From positions 1 to 34,245 of IMG/VR virus record IMGVR_UViG_3300049023_000137: a stretch of 34,245 nt of DNA, one strand, 5' to 3'. Position numbers and translations under genes: made by a program. Below the pieces are notes generated by a model. It had not been told where the DNA came from, searched no databases, and was given only the letters and a program-made list of their open reading frames with translations. This stretch comes from a virus. Its lineage: Duplodnaviria; Caudoviricetes. Below are positions 33,258-34,245 of the stretch, in pieces. Positions within the stretch are counted from its first letter, which is position 1, and every line of letters starts with the position of its first letter.

Positions 33258-33881
33258 ATGAACAACGCGACGACGATGACTGCCGGAACTTTTCCCTCGT
33301 GCGAAGTCGTGGATCTTACTGGCGGCGGACGCGTTGTCCTGCATCGCGGCTGGATGAACGCAGCGCGGTCCGGCGAGATGTTCGAGGCGCTGGCATCCGC
33401 GCCTTGGACGCAACGTGTGGTGCGCATCTACGGCCGAGAGATCCCGCAACCGCGCCTCACCGCATGGTGGGGCGACGTCGGAGCGACGTACACCTACAGC
33501 GGGATCCGGAACGTGCCGCAGCCGTGGCCGGCGTGGATGGAGCATCTCCGAAGCGAACTGACGCGAGAACTCGGCATCCACTTCAACAGTTGCCTCGGCA
33601 ACCTCTATCGCGACGGTCGCGACTCGGTCGCGCTGCACGCGGACGATGAACCAGAGCTCGGGCCGGAGCCGACGATCGCGTCGCTGTCGCTCGGCGGGTC
33701 TAGGAAGTTCCAGTTGAGGCACGCGACGGCCGCATCGATCGACCTCATGCTCGACGATGGCGACCTGCTCGTGATGTCCGGCCTGATGCAGCGTGAGTGG
33801 AAACATGGCATCCCGAAGGCGCGCACGGCTGAGCCTAGGATAAATCTTACATTTAGGCACGTGACAACGCGCAGCGATTGA
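33258..33881 (+). CDS. alkB: AlkB-family (ALKBH2/3-like) 2OG-Fe(II) dioxygenase, leaderless
   Basis: QPRLTAWWG, YTYSG, FNSCLGNLYRDGRDSVALHADDE (HxD), IASLSLG, WKHGIPK (H) and PRINLTFR (RxxxxxR). Confidence 0.93.
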   Translation: MNNATTMTAGTFPSCEVVDLTGGGRVVLHRGWMNAARSGEMFEALASAPWTQRVVRIYGREIPQPRLTAWWGDVGATYTYSGIRNVPQPWPAWMEHLRSELTRELGIHFNSCLGNLYRDGRDSVALHADDEPELGPEPTIASLSLGGSRKFQLRHATAASIDLMLDDGDLLVMSGLMQREWKHGIPKARTAEPRINLTFRHVTTRSD

Positions 33882-33887
33882 AGGTGG

Positions 33888-33918
33888 CGGCCGGTCCTGA
33901 CGCTCGCAGGGCCGGCCG
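33888..33918 (+). terminator. GC-rich hairpin after alkB
   Basis: CGGCCGGTCCTG-acgctcg-CAGGGCCGGCCG; no clear U-tract. Confidence 0.4.
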
Positions 33919-33930
33919 TGTCGAATCTTG

Positions 33931-33965
33931 TTGACGTCGCTCTACGAGCGTATATACTCACCAGT
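33931..33965 (+). promoter_or_regulatory. Class A promoter/operator module 12
   Basis: TTGACG tcgctc TACGAGCGTA TATACT caccagt ATG. Confidence 0.88.
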
Positions 33966-34208
33966 ATGAACAACGCGACGGACTCGCTGGGCAGGAAGTA
34001 CGAGGAAGCGGTAGCGACGGCCCGGAAGTCGTCGGCGACGCATAACCACGTCGTGGTGGTCGGGCGTCTGCACAGCACCGACGGTGAATGGGTCTGGAAA
34101 GTATACGGCGCAACCGGCCCGTCATCGCGCGCGGCGCACCAGGAACTGCGCGACGACGGCAAGCGTTGGGAACCGGTGATCGAGATCAGGCGGGAGCGTC
34201 GCTGGTAA
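33966..34208 (+). CDS. Hypothetical protein, leaderless (MNNATD, 80 aa)
   Basis: ATG 7 nt after the -10 box of module 12. Confidence 0.7.
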   Translation: MNNATDSLGRKYEEAVATARKSSATHNHVVVVGRLHSTDGEWVWKVYGATGPSSRAAHQELRDDGKRWEPVIEIRRERRW

Positions 34209-34245
34209 TCCGCTCCCACGCCGCGCGATGCTCGTCGCGCCGCAG

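Larger units (their letters stand above)
1..34245. mobile_element. Myovirus-type phage/prophage segment with Mu-like head-tail module and cassette-organised early region
   Basis: Colinear TerL-portal-gpF-protease-capsid-neck-sheath-tube-chaperone-tape measure-baseplate genes with overlapping start/stop codons. No host housekeeping genes, integrase or transposase seen in the window. Confidence 0.95.

Noticed and set aside
32664-33860. 398-aa minus-strand ORF
   Set aside because: Antisense shadow of alkB and its neighbours; crosses a promoter module and has no motif.
24963-33965. TACGATCGTA repeats as a CRISPR array or integron attC sites
   Set aside because: Spacing is irregular (about 0.1-1.8 kb) with whole genes between copies, and the repeats have -35/-10 structure. 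No attC R-box pairing, cas gene or integrase was seen.
1-34245. Calling the element a transposable Mu-like phage, a tailocin/eCIS, or assigning a host
   Set aside because: No transposase or Mu ends are in the window; head and terminase genes exclude a tailocin; high GC alone cannot identify the host.

Overview
GC-rich tailed-phage or prophage segment with two parts. (1) About 1-23.8 kb, minus strand: a near-complete Mu-like contractile-tail morphogenesis operon. In transcription order it holds a DHH phosphoesterase, TerL, two putative regulators, a portal-X-gpF fusion, protease/scaffold, decoration protein, major capsid, neck, sheath, tube, frameshifted tail chaperone, tape measure, gpN-like protein, hub, spike, wedge and a partial baseplate J. 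(2) About 23.8-34.2 kb: an early/accessory region of small genes arranged as cassettes. Twelve near-identical promoter/operator modules drive them (TTGnnn-N6-TACGATCGTA-TAtrnT), and ten of these run straight into a leaderless ATG. An AlkB dioxygenase and an LPD29-like protein are among the cargo. The most striking element is a 272-aa intein in the gpF domain (15258-16073, minus) with no in-frame endonuclease. Its opposite strand encodes a complete HTH plus Vsr/DUF559-like nuclease ORF (15318-16028) that also overlaps the splicing motifs, making it a candidate intein with an antisense-encoded homing endonuclease. All family assignments come from motif recognition and gene order; no database search was run.
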